The notes: generated by a model from the letters alone, not told the origin. 31,706 nucleotides of DNA from a virus (IMGVR_UViG_3300048988_000013:1-31706); one strand, 5' to 3'. Counted from the first letter of the stretch, positions 1 to 8,646 are shown. Translations and numbers: made by a program.

Positions 1-48
1 AGCAAATCCGAAATGACGCAATTGATTAAGCGCGGAGCATTCGCCTAA
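1..48 (+). CDS. 3' end of upstream gene, probably tape measure protein (partial)
   Basis: Frame 1 reads SKSEMTQLIKRGAFA* with TAA at 46-48 directly abutting the ATG at 49. Identity is inferred only from position before the distal tail gene. Confidence 0.45.
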   Translation, partial: SKSEMTQLIKRGAFA

Positions 49-1656
49 ATGGACTTCATTCTGCCGCCCGATTTGCGGTTGGCGAAAGCCACGATCTCGC
101 TTGATGCGAATACCGCGCCGTTTTCATCCCCGACGGTGGGGTCGACCCGGACCGCCGAACGCTTGGGCGACCGCTTACGCGTCAATTTTGATTTCACCGC
201 GCATCGGGACGATACGGCCACCGCTCGCCAGCGCGGGCGCATGCAGGCGTTTCTGTCGAAGCTTCGCGGACAGGCCTCGCGGGTGTGGATGTCGCCGCCC
301 GGCGCAAAGCTGCGGGGCTCGTTTCCGACCTCCGAACTCATTGGCAACAATACGTTCGCGGCAGGCACGTCAGGATGGACGAATTTTACCAGCGGCGGCG
401 TCTTGTCCGTTTCCGATCGAACGGGGCGCGTGACCATCGTCGACGCCAATCAGAACTTCATGGGGGTGACGGTCTTCCCGACCAGCGGGCAGTACGCCCC
501 GGTTGTTTGTCGTGCGCTCGCCAACGTTGGGCGCTGCTATACCGGCACACAGGGCATTTTTTTACAGAATCAAGACGCGACGAACGGAAACGCAGCCGCC
601 GTCGCGCCAACGTCTGCCGGTTTGCTCAGCGCCGTGAATGCCGGTTATAGCGCGGCGACGAAATTTATTCTCTATGTCACTGTCCCCGCGGCGGCCAGTT
701 GGATTGCCGGCGACTATTTCGATATTTCCTACACGTCGGCTTCACAGTGCGCGCTGGTTGATAATGCGCAGAATTTGCTACTGAACTCCGATACGCCCGG
801 CACCGGAACGGGCTGGTCGGTCGCAGCGGCCACCGCGGCAAGCAATTCATCGGGCTCCCCGGACAGCACGGTTTCCGCCTACAACCTGTCGGAAACCACG
901 GCGAACACCAATCATTACGTCTTCCAGGCCGCAGCCGTTACGGCGGCTGTGCAGGATTGCAGCTTTTCGGTGTTCCTTGTCGCCATCAATCGCAATTGGG
1001 CATGGATGTACATGCGCGAGGCAAGCGGCAGCACGGATGCCATTGCCTATTTCAACATCAGCACCGGCGCGGTAGGTGTTACGTCGGCCGGCACCAACTG
1101 GACCAACGTCAGGGCGACCATACAGCCCTATGGCAGCAACTGGTATAAGGCCACGATTACGGCACGCAAGACAAATGGCGCCACGTCGATCACGTGTTAC
1201 CTCGGTTCTGCGACCGCCAATGGCACCAATGTGTTTGCGGGCGTCACGACGCCGGTCGCGATGTTGACTTGGCGCGCCGCCTTCGCGGCGGTCAGTTCGC
1301 CATTCCAGGGCGCTAAGACCACATCAGCTGCCGTGGCGCCCGTCGCTCAAACCGGCGCCGGCCTCAACTTACGAGGCCTTCCGGTCAGCACGTCCGGGCT
1401 TCTTCTGCCGGGAGACTGGGTGGAAAGCAACGGGCAACTGAATCAAGTGACCAACTCTCTCGACAGCGATGCGAGCGGCACCGGCTACGTGCAGCTCGCG
1501 CGGCCGTTCCGAAACTCACCGGCCGACGGCGCCGCGTTCATCGTCAACAATCCGCTCGGCAAATTCATGGTGAACGCCAACACGACCGCCTGGAACGAGC
1601 AGCCCGGCGGCCTCTCCGACGCCACCCTCGAATTCGTCGAAGACATCGCGTTCTAG
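49..1656 (+). CDS. Distal tail (Dit)-like protein with large internal beta-rich, carbohydrate-binding-like insertion
   Basis: N-term (FSSPTVGS...AFLSKLRGQ) and C-term (QTGAGLNLRGLP..LLPGDWV..NGQL..V...PFRNSPADGA) resemble proteobacterial siphophage Dit. The middle ~330 aa is Ala/Thr/Ser-rich with NLLLNS and GSNWYK motifs. First gene of the tail-tip module. Confidence 0.7.
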   Translation: MDFILPPDLRLAKATISLDANTAPFSSPTVGSTRTAERLGDRLRVNFDFTAHRDDTATARQRGRMQAFLSKLRGQASRVWMSPPGAKLRGSFPTSELIGNNTFAAGTSGWTNFTSGGVLSVSDRTGRVTIVDANQNFMGVTVFPTSGQYAPVVCRALANVGRCYTGTQGIFLQNQDATNGNAAAVAPTSAGLLSAVNAGYSAATKFILYVTVPAAASWIAGDYFDISYTSASQCALVDNAQNLLLNSDTPGTGTGWSVAAATAASNSSGSPDSTVSAYNLSETTANTNHYVFQAAAVTAAVQDCSFSVFLVAINRNWAWMYMREASGSTDAIAYFNISTGAVGVTSAGTNWTNVRATIQPYGSNWYKATITARKTNGATSITCYLGSATANGTNVFAGVTTPVAMLTWRAAFAAVSSPFQGAKTTSAAVAPVAQTGAGLNLRGLPVSTSGLLLPGDWVESNGQLNQVTNSLDSDASGTGYVQLARPFRNSPADGAAFIVNNPLGKFMVNANTTAWNEQPGGLSDATLEFVEDIAF

Positions 1657-1659
1657 CCC

Positions 1660-2298
1660 ATGAGTCGCTTCGTCAACTCCACCGCGCAGACCGCGGCGGA
1701 TCAGCCCCATGTCCTCTACGCGACCTTGGTGCAATTGGATTTCGCGAGCGCGCCGTTTCGCGTGTTCAACGGCACCGGGACCTTGGTTTTCAATGGCAAC
1801 ACCTATCAAGGCGCCGGCCAGTACGGGTCGATCAACGCGGTAGGTGAGTCGACCGACTTGAAGCCGTCTAATCCCGTGATATTCCAAATTTCCGGATTGC
1901 CCGATGGCGCATCGGCGGCACTCGCGGCGGTCGCGACCAACCGCGCCGACTACTACGGCCGCTCGGCGCGCATCGATATCGTCCTGTTCGATGCCAATCG
2001 AAAGATCCTGACGCCGATCGAGAACTCGGTGTGGGAGGGGCGCATGGACACGATCACGGTCATCCGCTCGACCAACACCATTCAGTTGACCGCCGAGGAT
2101 CGTATGGTGATTTGGGATAAGTCGATCGGGTTTCTGTACTCGACCGAGTGGCAGACGCTCATCTATCCGGGCGATACCTTTTTCGATCAAGTGCCGTTCC
2201 TCGCCAACCGCCAGATCAGTTGGGGTGGGACTAATACGCCAGGCCCCTCGGTGCCGCCCGGAACGCCCGGCGGCGGCAGCCCCATTTACAGACGATGA
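1660..2298 (+). CDS. Minor tail / hub protein (gpL or DUF2163-like)
   Basis: LVQLDF...G.GTL.FNGNTYQGAG.YGSI and WEGRMD...D.FF..V.....I.WG motifs; lies between Dit and the NlpC-like gene. Confidence 0.75.
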   Translation: MSRFVNSTAQTAADQPHVLYATLVQLDFASAPFRVFNGTGTLVFNGNTYQGAGQYGSINAVGESTDLKPSNPVIFQISGLPDGASAALAAVATNRADYYGRSARIDIVLFDANRKILTPIENSVWEGRMDTITVIRSTNTIQLTAEDRMVIWDKSIGFLYSTEWQTLIYPGDTFFDQVPFLANRQISWGGTNTPGPSVPPGTPGGGSPIYRR

Positions 2299-2702
2299 CA
2301 CGCCTCGACGACTGGCAGGACCGCTTCTTCGCCTACCTCGAGGCCACGCGCTTGCTGCCCTTTGCGTGGGGGTCGAAGGATTGCTGCCTATTCGCCGCCG
2401 GTGCGGTCGATGCCATGTGTGGGACCACATTCGTCGCGGAGATCTCGGCCAACTACACCGATGAGGAGTCGGCGTACGCTTATCTCGCGACCTTCGATTC
2501 CTTGGAGGCCGCCGCCACGCAATGGGCGGGCGCGCCATCGCTCGCGCCCAACTTTGCCGGGCCGGGCGATGTGGTGCTGTTGATCGGGGGCAATGGCCCG
2601 ACCATCGGAGTGTGCCTGGGGACTGGTTGTGCAGAGGCGGGGGACTTAAGTGGGTCCCAGTACCAAAGCCGCGATTCGATCCTCTGCTGCTGGAAGATCT
2701 GA
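2295..2702 (+). CDS. Tail-associated NlpC/P60-like protein (DUF6950-like, gpK analogue)
   Basis: RLDDW..RF..YL, PFAWGSKDCCLFAA and GDVVL motifs; ATGA overlap with the upstream gene. Confidence 0.8.
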   Translation: MTRLDDWQDRFFAYLEATRLLPFAWGSKDCCLFAAGAVDAMCGTTFVAEISANYTDEESAYAYLATFDSLEAAATQWAGAPSLAPNFAGPGDVVLLIGGNGPTIGVCLGTGCAEAGDLSGSQYQSRDSILCCWKI

Positions 2703-2703
2703 C

Positions 2704-4842
2704 GTGCCAACGTACATTGCTGCACAGATCATCGCGTACTTCGCGATTACGGCGGCCGTTGCCGTCGTGGCGGTGGAAGTCGTCACCTACCTCGTTTTTG
2801 CCTACGCCCTCAACAAACTCGAAAGCGCGCTGGTCGGACGTCCCTCGCAGAACCAGCAACCGGTGCCGCAGACCTTCATGGCGCGCGGCTCGGTGTACCC
2901 GGGTTCGATCATTTACGGCGGCACGCGCACCTCCGGCGTCGTCGTGTTCGAATGGACATCGGGCACGAGCAACCAATATCTCTGGTATGTGGTTGCCATG
3001 GCAAGGCATCAGCTGAATGCCATGACGGATGTCTATTTCGAAAACGATGTGATCGCGACGGCCAACATCAACGCCGGCACGGGACAAGTCACCGGCGGCA
3101 AGTATGCGAACCGGGCGTACATCTGGCGATATCTCGGAACCGATGCGCAGACGGTCCAGGCCGACCTCGACGCCGCGTTCGTGATATGGGACACCAACCA
3201 CCGCGGGCGCGGTGTCGCCTACCTGGTCTTGCGCCTCGAGCGGGATACCACTGTCTATGCCGCCGGCGGCCCGCAGAACTTCTATGCCATCATCCAAGGG
3301 CGCCGGCTCTACGATCCGCGCTTGGACAGCACCAATGGCGGCTCCGGCTCCCAGCGCTATACGGATGCGACCACCTGGACGTATTCGAGCAACCCCGCAC
3401 TCGCCGCGGCCGACTACATTACCGGCGGATCCTTGGTCTATGACGTCGCGACGCCAGTCACCTACATGGGGATGCGCGAGTCGCCGACCCGGATCGACTG
3501 GGCGCTGGTGTCGAACGCCGCGAACATTTGCGATCAGACGCCCGCCATCCCGGGGTCGACGACCCAGCCACGCTATGTCGTTGCGGGGGTTCTCTCGTGC
3601 AATGACTCGCACGCTACCAACCTAGGAAAAATCACCGCTGCGATGGCCGGCCAGGTCATCTACCGCGGCGGCAAGTATCGGATTTACGCCGGTGCCTATG
3701 ACGCACCGTCGCTCACGTTCACCGACAGCGATCTCGTCGGCAACGGCTACGAGATTTTGAGCCCCGGGCGCGCGAACCTCTATAACGCGGTGTCGCCGAT
3801 CTACGTCGATCCGGTGCGCAATTGGCAGCAAGTGAACTCGGCGATCAATGCGAGCTCCACCTACGCCACGGCCGACACCGAGCAGATCATCAAGTCGATC
3901 GACCTGACCTTGGTCGACGATGAGTACCGCGCGCAGCGCATTGGCGCGCTCATCATGGCGCAGTCCCGCAACCTGCTCGCGGTCACGCTGTACTTAGGGA
4001 TCAACGGCTTCAAGCTCTCCTCCTGGGACACGTTTTATCTCACGCTCATCGAACCGGGATGGGTCAACAAAGTATTCCGCGTGGCGAACTGGCAGTTCAA
4101 CCCGGATCAGCCGGGCGTCATCATCACGGCGCGGGAAGAGGCTTCGGCGGCCTACACCGATCCCATCGCGGCGAGCTATGCCGCGCCCGGTGCCGCCACC
4201 GCCGGCGCCAATACGATCGATACGCCCTCGACCCCGTCGGCACTCACGGCCTCACCGCTTGCCGATGCCGTCAATTTCAGCTGGACGCCGTCAGCCTACT
4301 TTCAGGCGGGAGCGACCTATCAGATCTGGCAATACACCTCCGCCTCGCCGTTCTCATCCGCCACCAAGATCTGGGAGGGCGCGAGCACGCACTACACGCT
4401 CGCGATCACGGCGTCGGCGAACCCGACGCTCTATTACTGGATCGTGGCGGTCTATCGCGGCAATGCATCACCGCCGTCGCCGGCGGCCACCGCGGGGTGC
4501 CCGGCGAAGGCGCTGTCGGTGACCACGGGATTTCGCGCGAGCTGCCCGGCGTCGATGTACAAATATGGCAGCGCGGCGAATCAAACGACAAACCCCGTTA
4601 CGGTCTCGGTGACCGGCGGGACATCACCCTTCACCTATGCCTGGACCTACGCGAGCGGCGATGCGTCGATCACCTGCTCGAGCTCGACCTCGAGCGCGCC
4701 CATCTTCACCAAGACCGGCATGGCGAGCCCGACGTCTGGCTATAACGCGACATGGCAATGCGTCGTGACGGATGCCGCGGCGCTCACCGCAAGCTGCACC
4801 TGCACCGTCGATATTAATCGCGATACCAGCAGCGGCCAATAA
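2704..4842 (+). CDS. Tail tip / host-specificity protein (gpJ-like) with FN3- and Ig-like C-terminal domains
   Basis: IIYGGTR, HRGRGVAY, GRRLYDPR, SSNPAL..ADY motifs. GTG at 2704 follows the upstream TGA. C-terminal VSVTGGTSPFTYAW is Ig-like. Confidence 0.85.
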   Translation: MPTYIAAQIIAYFAITAAVAVVAVEVVTYLVFAYALNKLESALVGRPSQNQQPVPQTFMARGSVYPGSIIYGGTRTSGVVVFEWTSGTSNQYLWYVVAMARHQLNAMTDVYFENDVIATANINAGTGQVTGGKYANRAYIWRYLGTDAQTVQADLDAAFVIWDTNHRGRGVAYLVLRLERDTTVYAAGGPQNFYAIIQGRRLYDPRLDSTNGGSGSQRYTDATTWTYSSNPALAAADYITGGSLVYDVATPVTYMGMRESPTRIDWALVSNAANICDQTPAIPGSTTQPRYVVAGVLSCNDSHATNLGKITAAMAGQVIYRGGKYRIYAGAYDAPSLTFTDSDLVGNGYEILSPGRANLYNAVSPIYVDPVRNWQQVNSAINASSTYATADTEQIIKSIDLTLVDDEYRAQRIGALIMAQSRNLLAVTLYLGINGFKLSSWDTFYLTLIEPGWVNKVFRVANWQFNPDQPGVIITAREEASAAYTDPIAASYAAPGAATAGANTIDTPSTPSALTASPLADAVNFSWTPSAYFQAGATYQIWQYTSASPFSSATKIWEGASTHYTLAITASANPTLYYWIVAVYRGNASPPSPAATAGCPAKALSVTTGFRASCPASMYKYGSAANQTTNPVTVSVTGGTSPFTYAWTYASGDASITCSSSTSSAPIFTKTGMASPTSGYNATWQCVVTDAAALTASCTCTVDINRDTSSGQ

Positions 4843-4853
4843 AGGGGAATTTC

Positions 4854-5006
4854 ATGCATGGCACCTATCTTCACAACGGATTCTTGGTCTTCGCGTTCGT
4901 GTTTTTCCTGTTCGACGGGCTGCGAGTGCAGTCGACCCGGGTCAGTTGGACCCCGTTGGGCTTTGCCTGCGTGGTGGGGGCCTTCGTGTTCCCGTTCTTT
5001 GTCTAG
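4854..5006 (+). CDS. Small two-TM membrane protein (50 aa), holin/antiholin candidate
   Basis: Hand translation MHGTYLHNGFLVFAFVFFLFDGLRVQSTRVSWTPLGFACVVGAFVFPFFV*; RBS AAGGGG; absent from the ORF track. Confidence 0.65.
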   Translation: MHGTYLHNGFLVFAFVFFLFDGLRVQSTRVSWTPLGFACVVGAFVFPFFV

Positions 5007-5015
5007 GAGAACTCT

Positions 5016-5165
5016 ATGAGCATCTGGGCCATTCTGTTGATCCTGCTGATCTTGGGCGCCTTCGGTGGCGGCTTCGGCGGCTACTGGCCGCACACCTACG
5101 GCTTTGGCGGCGGCGGGCTGCTGCTGATCATTCTCATCATCTTGCTGGTCAGCGGGAGACCGTAA
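5016..5165 (+). CDS. Small Gly-rich membrane protein (49 aa), DUF3309-like
   Basis: Hand translation MSIWAILLILLILGAFGGGFGGYWPHTYGFGGGGLLLIILIILLVSGRP*; RBS AGGAG; two hydrophobic helices around a WPH.YG.GG loop. Confidence 0.7.
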   Translation: MSIWAILLILLILGAFGGGFGGYWPHTYGFGGGGLLLIILIILLVSGRP

Positions 5166-5330
5166 ATGGACCTGCCCGAACTGGCAAAAACCGAGCTCGG
5201 CAAACTCAAGGCCGCGGCGGCCAAGGAGAAAGCCTGGTTCGCGACCAACCGCGCGGAGGTCATCGCCATTGTCTGCACCATGCTGGGATTGGGGCTGGTC
5301 GTGGGGTTCCTCGTGGGGCGTTTCTCGTGA
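5166..5330 (+). CDS. Small C-terminally anchored membrane protein (54 aa), holin candidate
   Basis: Hand translation MDLPELAKTELGKLKAAAAKEKAWFATNRAEVIAIVCTMLGLGLVVGFLVGRFS*; abuts the upstream stop and overlaps the endolysin start (GTGA). Confidence 0.7.
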   Translation: MDLPELAKTELGKLKAAAAKEKAWFATNRAEVIAIVCTMLGLGLVVGFLVGRFS

Positions 5331-5734
5331 GCGCGAGCCGAAGCCTGGACGATCTGGATCCGAGGTTTAGGCCCTCCGTGGATGCGTTTGTCAGCGCCTG
5401 CGCGGCACAGCGTCTTGATGTGCTCATCTATTGCACGTACCGAGCGAATGCGGAGCAGGACGTACTCTACGCGCAAGGGCGAACGGCACCGGGGCATATC
5501 GTGACCAACGCTCGTGCTGGGCAAAGCGCCCACAACTACCGTCTCGCCTTCGATGGCTGTCCGGTGCTCCACGGCAAGCCGATGTGGAATGAGCCGCTCA
5601 TCGGTCCGCACTGGGGGCTGTACGGCAAGATCGCGACCGACTGCGGCATGGAATGGGGCGGCGCGTGGCACGGCTTTGTAGAAGGCCCGCACGTGCAAAT
5701 GGCGGGGTGGAAGCAAGTCGCTGGCATCGCATGA
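5327..5734 (+). CDS. Endolysin, peptidase M15 (L-Ala-D-Glu peptidase-like)
   Basis: TYR..EQ..LYAQGRT.PG.IVTNA.AGQSAHNY.LAFD and EWGG.W..F.E.PHVQ motifs. The true start is GTG 5327 inside the longer 4772 ORF. Confidence 0.92.
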   Translation: MSASRSLDDLDPRFRPSVDAFVSACAAQRLDVLIYCTYRANAEQDVLYAQGRTAPGHIVTNARAGQSAHNYRLAFDGCPVLHGKPMWNEPLIGPHWGLYGKIATDCGMEWGGAWHGFVEGPHVQMAGWKQVAGIA

Positions 5735-6009
5735 TGACGCGCGAGGACATCGAGCTCGGCCTCATCCGCGCGCTCTCGGTGGGCGGGCTGGTGCTCTCCG
5801 GCAACCTCTCCGCCGAGGATAAGCGCGAGCGGATTCGCGTCGCGATCTTCCAACACAAACTCAAAGATCAGCCGTTCGATGATTGCTTGACCTACGGCGA
5901 AGCGTTTGGGCAATGCTTTGGGCGCCCGTTCGAGATGGGGCGCATGCATCGCGATGAGACCCCACGCCCAAATTTGGACGAGGCCGATGAGGAGGACGAG
6001 GATTTATGA
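5731..6009 (+). CDS. Hypothetical protein with acidic tail; probable paralogue of 23235-23495
   Basis: ATGA overlap with the endolysin; motif ERIR.AI...TY...F...G.P. Confidence 0.65.
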   Translation: MMTREDIELGLIRALSVGGLVLSGNLSAEDKRERIRVAIFQHKLKDQPFDDCLTYGEAFGQCFGRPFEMGRMHRDETPRPNLDEADEEDEDL

Positions 6010-6054
6010 CGGCGCGCGCAGTGCCCGCAGCGCCCGGCCGCTATAACGTCGGCT

Positions 6055-6276
6055 ATGAACCGCATCAAGCAATGGCTCGCCTGGTTGAACGCCCACAAGA
6101 CCAAATCGTTGGGACTCGCGGCCATCGGCATCGCCTACGTGCAGAACAACCTGGCTCAGGTGGGGCACTTGCTCTCGCCCAAATTGCAGGGTGCCATCCT
6201 CGGCGTGTTTGGCGTAGGCGCTTTCGTTATTGGGCTGGTGAACACGTTCACCCAGCGGGACCCGCCGAGCGCGTAG
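6055..6276 (+). CDS. Holin-like membrane protein (73 aa)
   Basis: Basic amphipathic N-terminus and two hydrophobic segments; lies between endolysin and spanins. Confidence 0.6.
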   Translation: MNRIKQWLAWLNAHKTKSLGLAAIGIAYVQNNLAQVGHLLSPKLQGAILGVFGVGAFVIGLVNTFTQRDPPSA

Positions 6277-6635
6277 TGGATGAGACACCCGACTATGGCT
6301 CAACCACCGCGGTTGTCGCGCGGGTTGTCAGAAAGCACCTCACCCCGGCGACCGTGTGGGGCGCGATCGGCACCCTCACCCTCGCCATCGGGTACGTGCT
6401 CAATGCGCAGCACGACCTCGCGCGCCTGAAGGAGTCGATGGCGGAGTCGAAGCGTACGGTCGCTGACCTGCAGCAGCAGCTTGCCGCTTTGCCCAAAAAC
6501 GACACGCAGATGGCGGTCCTCAGCGGTAAAGTCGACGCCTTCGGTGATGAGGTCGACCGGCTGCGCGAGTGGCGCGATCGCATCGAGGGCATCGCCGAGA
6601 CCCCTCCCCACGCGAGAAGGCGAGCACTTAAATGA
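6276..6635 (+). CDS. Single-TM coiled-coil protein of the lysis cassette
   Basis: GTG at 6276 overlaps the upstream TAG; TM segment VWGAIGTLTLAIGYVL followed by a heptad-rich region. Confidence 0.6.
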   Translation: MDETPDYGSTTAVVARVVRKHLTPATVWGAIGTLTLAIGYVLNAQHDLARLKESMAESKRTVADLQQQLAALPKNDTQMAVLSGKVDAFGDEVDRLREWRDRIEGIAETPPHARRRALK

Positions 6636-6811
6636 CCGACCGCGACATAGCGAAATCGATTGCCAGCCTGGAGACGCGGCTGGAGAAGCTCTTAGAGGGC
6701 TGGCGGCAACAGCAGTCCGCACAGCACGATGAGCAACTCGCGCTCTTGAAGCTGCTCTGCCACGACATGCACGAATTGCAAACCGGCCGCTCGCTGCGGT
6801 CCGTCAAGTGA
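6632..6811 (+). CDS. Hypothetical helical protein (59 aa)
   Basis: Hand translation MTDRDIAKSIASLETRLEKLLEGW...RSVK*; ATGA and GTGA overlaps at both ends. Confidence 0.6.
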   Translation: MTDRDIAKSIASLETRLEKLLEGWRQQQSAQHDEQLALLKLLCHDMHELQTGRSLRSVK

Positions 6812-7254
6812 CGCCGCTGCTCTACCTGAAGTTAGGCGCGATCATCGCGATGGCCGCGGCGCTCCTTGCGACCGGCTACCACATTGGGTCGCTCTCGTCT
6901 AAAACCGCATTAGAGGCCGACCACGCGGCGCAGCTTCAGGCGGTCGTCAACGTCATGGATGAGAACGCGCGCCAGGCTGCCGCTGACCACGCTCACCAGC
7001 AAGGGGTAATTGATGCTTATCACGCGACTCCGATCGATCCTCTTGTCGCTGGTGCTGCTCACCGGGTGTACGTCTATGCCGCCAGCGCCTCAGGTTGTGG
7101 CGTGCCCCAAGCCGGAGCCGTGGCCGGCGGAGCTCAAGCATCCGCCCCGGTCGCCTTCGGCCCTAGCGAAGTTGAACGAGCTCTTGACGACTACATCCAA
7201 GCCTGTTCCGCAGACGCCGCCCAAATGAACCCGATGATCGCTCTCGCGCCGTGA
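6808..7254 (+). CDS. Rz: Inner-membrane spanin (Rz-like)
   Basis: N-terminal TM, Ala-rich helix, two Cys, and a nested lipoprotein gene. Confidence 0.8.
   Translation: MTPLLYLKLGAIIAMAAALLATGYHIGSLSSKTALEADHAAQLQAVVNVMDENARQAAADHAHQQGVIDAYHATPIDPLVAGAAHRVYVYAASASGCGVPQAGAVAGGAQASAPVAFGPSEVERALDDYIQACSADAAQMNPMIALAP
7013..7228 (+). CDS. Rz1: Outer-membrane lipoprotein spanin (Rz1-like), embedded in the +1 frame of Rz
   Basis: Signal peptide with lipobox LLTG-C, Pro-rich mature part, RBS AAGGGG; same nesting as lambda Rz/Rz1. Confidence 0.82.
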   Translation: MLITRLRSILLSLVLLTGCTSMPPAPQVVACPKPEPWPAELKHPPRSPSALAKLNELLTTTSKPVPQTPPK

Positions 7255-7451
7255 CCGACTGGTACAGTTACGTCGCCAAGAAGGTCGCGCCGAAGCCGGC
7301 CTATCAGCGCCCGCCGCCGTCGAAGGTCATTACGCAAGAAAACGCACCGGTGCGTAATGAGCCGGAGGGGCGCGCCGAATCGATGATCGTGGAGGAGGGC
7401 ACGGCGAGTGATTCGATGATCCTGAAAGCGTTCAGGTTTTGGCAGCGGTGA
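7251..7451 (+). CDS. Hypothetical protein
   Basis: GTGA overlap with Rz; last gene before attP. Confidence 0.5.
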   Translation: MTDWYSYVAKKVAPKPAYQRPPPSKVITQENAPVRNEPEGRAESMIVEEGTASDSMILKAFRFWQR

Positions 7452-7454
7452 GGC

Positions 7455-7648
7455 TGTAGTCACTTCTGTAGCACGATAGGTCGATTCAGACGCATTTGAA
7501 TGCCCAAAGAACGACATAGGAATGCGCAAGTTACTGATCTATTTAGGGCCCTAATAGGCCACCCGAATTCGTAATGCGTGGGTCAGGGGTTCGAATCCTC
7601 TTTGCGGCACCAGTACTTACGCGCGTTTCCATCTCCCCCATGTAGTCA
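7455..7648. promoter_or_regulatory. Probable integrase arm-type sites and IHF-like site around the att core
   Basis: TGTAGTCA at 7455 and 7641 and TGTAGCA at 7467 flank the core. The reverse complement GATCAGTAACTTG near 7527-7539 resembles WATCAANNNNTTR. Confidence 0.55.
7567..7612 (+). other. attP common core = 3' half of tRNA-Thr(CGT)
   Basis: ATTCGTAATGCGTGGGTCAGGGGTTCGAATCCTCTTTGCGGCACCA has the anticodon loop with CGT, the T-arm GGTTCGAATCC and CCA. The 5' half is absent, and the core lies 44 bp from the integrase stop. Confidence 0.9.
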
Positions 7649-7656
7649 GTTTTGCA

Positions 7657-8646
7657 TCAGGCCAGTTTCGCCATGGCCGCGTACTGCTTGAGGTGATCGG
7701 GGCTCAAATGGGCATAGCGTTCCACCATCTTTGGGCCCGCCCAGCCTCCCAAAGATTGGATCGCATAGGGCGGAACACCGGCCTGCATCAGCCAGCTCGC
7801 CCATGTGTGTCGCAGGTCATGGAAGCGCAGACCTCCTAGGCCGGCCTTCTTGCATGCCTTCCTCCAGGTCCGCTTGCCGAACGACTGCATCAGCGGTTTG
7901 CCTTCGTACAGAAACACCCGCTCCTGGCCCTCAACCCGGGGAATGGCGCGCAGCACTGCCACCACATCGGGGGACAGCGGGATGCCAATGGCGCGACTGC
8001 CTTTCGCCGATAAGGCCGGGATCCAGAGGTGCGCCCGGTCCAGGTCGACGCGTCCCCACACGAGCTCGCGAATATTGGCGGTGCGCAGTCCGGTGCCGAC
8101 GGCAACCTTGGCGATCGGCTGCATATGCGGCGGGAGGTGCTCGAGCAGGGCGGCGAATTGGGCATGCGTGATGAACCGCGGCTCCGCCTCCTGTAGCGTC
8201 GGGATGACGATCTTGGGCGCGTACTGGATCCAGCCCCAACCCACCGCGGCGCGCAGCACCGTGCGCATGACCGCCATGTATCGGTTGACCGTCGCCGGCG
8301 CCCGCGTCTCGGCAAGCTTCTTGCGGGCCGCCTCGATGACCTCGCGATTGACGGCAGAGAGTGGCAACCGGGCCATGGATTCGCTGAACCAGTCGGTGAT
8401 TTCCTTGTCCCGATGGGTTGTTGAGGCGCGTACCGTGCGATCCCCTTCCCACTTCTTGACCGCCTGGGCCCAGGTGCCGGTCCGCTCGCCTAGTCGAGTT
8501 TCCCGCCAGATACGACGCGAAAGGCGGAGCTCGTACTCTTCCGCTTGCTGCCGGTCGGCGGTTCCTGTCGATTGCTGAATGCGTCGGCGACCGAGCGTGA
8601 ATCGACACCAGTAGTGGTGGGAGCCGCGTCGTTTGTAGAGGGACAT
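7657..8646 (-). CDS. int: Tyrosine integrase
   Basis: Catalytic motifs TGLR, K (SAKG), FHDLRHT, LGGW and RYAHL; N-terminal arm-binding domain; adjacent to attP. Confidence 0.95.
   Translation of the reverse strand: MSLYKRRGSHHYWCRFTLGRRRIQQSTGTADRQQAEEYELRLSRRIWRETRLGERTGTWAQAVKKWEGDRTVRASTTHRDKEITDWFSESMARLPLSAVNREVIEAARKKLAETRAPATVNRYMAVMRTVLRAAVGWGWIQYAPKIVIPTLQEAEPRFITHAQFAALLEHLPPHMQPIAKVAVGTGLRTANIRELVWGRVDLDRAHLWIPALSAKGSRAIGIPLSPDVVAVLRAIPRVEGQERVFLYEGKPLMQSFGKRTWRKACKKAGLGGLRFHDLRHTWASWLMQAGVPPYAIQSLGGWAGPKMVERYAHLSPDHLKQYAAMAKLA

Noticed and set aside
1516-3612. 698-aa minus-strand ORF
   Set aside because: Antisense shadow of well-supported tail genes in GC-rich DNA; Arg/Pro-rich with no recognisable motifs.
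4772-5326. N-terminal extension of the endolysin in the 320-aa ORF
   Set aside because: The region is better explained by three small membrane ORFs in other frames; endolysin similarity begins at GTG 5327.
7540-7612. Complete tRNA-Thr gene
   Set aside because: The 5' acceptor strand and D-arm are missing; only the anticodon loop to CCA is present, as expected for attP.
7731-8578. Plus-strand ORFs of 146 and 257 aa
   Set aside because: Antisense to the integrase with no independent support.
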